Shown here one piece after another: positions 6,667 to 7,080 of a stretch of 7,080 nucleotides of DNA. Source of the DNA: a virus (lineage: Duplodnaviria > Heunggongvirae > Uroviricota > Caudoviricetes); the IMG/VR virus record IMGVR_UViG_2698536511_000012; one strand, 5' to 3'. Position 1 is the first letter of the stretch. Each line of letters begins with the position of its first letter. The notes under the pieces are model-generated. The model was not told the DNA's origin and ran no database searches. It was given only the letters and a program-made list of their open reading frames with translations. The position numbers and the translations under genes were made by a program.

Positions 6667-6946
6667 AATTGCCGTTGAGGTGGCTTATGCGCTACCTGAG
6701 AAGCAGTACCTGCAGCGCGTGACGCTGCAGGAGGGCGCGACGGTTGAAGAAGCTATTCGCGCCAGTGGCTTGCTGGAATTGCGTACCGATATCGATTTAA
6801 CTAAAAACAAAGTCGGCATTTACAGCCGTCCGGCAAAACTAAGCGATAGTGTGCATGATGGCGATCGGGTGGAGATTTATCGCCCTCTCATTGCCGATCC
6901 GAAAGAGCTTCGCAGGCAACGAGCAGAAAAATCAGCGAATAAATAA
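6656..6946 (+). CDS. ratB: RatB (YfjF, UPF0125 family) protein
   Basis: A GTG start at 6656 gives a 96-aa product ([38 protein letters not shown]...[11 protein letters not shown]) matching E. coli YfjF. It overlaps the ratA stop by 11 nt. The longer six-frame ORF from 6572 is an in-frame upstream extension inside ratA. Confidence 0.8.
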   Translation: MLGKIAVEVAYALPEKQYLQRVTLQEGATVEEAIRASGLLELRTDIDLTKNKVGIYSRPAKLSDSVHDGDRVEIYRPLIADPKELRRQRAEKSANK

Positions 6947-7023
6947 CAGACAGAAAAAAGGTGCTCATTGAGCTAATGCCGATCAGTTAAGGATCAGTTG
7001 ACCGATCCAGTGGCTGTGTAAGA

Positions 7024-7057
7024 ATCCGGAAACGCTCACTTGTTTCCGGATTTTTTT
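7024..7057 (+). terminator. Rho-independent terminator downstream of ratB
   Basis: Stem ATCCGGAAAC (7024-7033) pairs with GTTTCCGGAT (7042-7051) around a loop, followed by TTTTTTT (7051-7057). Confidence 0.55.
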
Positions 7058-7080
7058 ATGCACATTGGACAGGCTCTTGA

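Noticed and set aside
1-7080. CRISPR arrays, tRNA genes, insertion sequences, or a diversity-generating retroelement targeting the fiber genes
   Set aside because: No regularly spaced direct repeats, no cloverleaf-like sequences other than the tRNA-like end of tmRNA, no transposase-like ORFs or terminal inverted repeats, and no reverse-transcriptase ORF or template-repeat pair were seen.

Overview
This window is from an Escherichia coli-type chromosome: smpB, ssrA (tmRNA) and ratA/ratB match E. coli essentially residue for residue against sequences I recall from memory. Positions ~1-4955 are a degraded, mosaic prophage tail and host-range module lying immediately 3' of ssrA, a classic integration hotspot. 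It holds a baseplate J-like fragment, a gpI-like protein, a Mu S/P2 H-type tail fiber, a P2 G-type tail fiber assembly gene interrupted by an in-frame stop, a second fiber with a lambda Stf-type N-terminus and an unrecognised C-terminal domain, and a chaperone-like partner. Core genes follow: ssrA (minus, 4956-5361), smpB (minus) and ratA-ratB (plus). Two N-masked runs (4343-4506 and 5008-5218) hide part of the chaperone-like gene and the middle of ssrA. I found no convincing novel multi-gene system. The most notable signals are the two tandem fiber/chaperone cassettes with signs of decay, a relic invertase-type crossover motif inside the first fiber gene, and the unrecognised C-terminal domain on the second fiber. 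All homology statements are from memory of protein families, not from searches.
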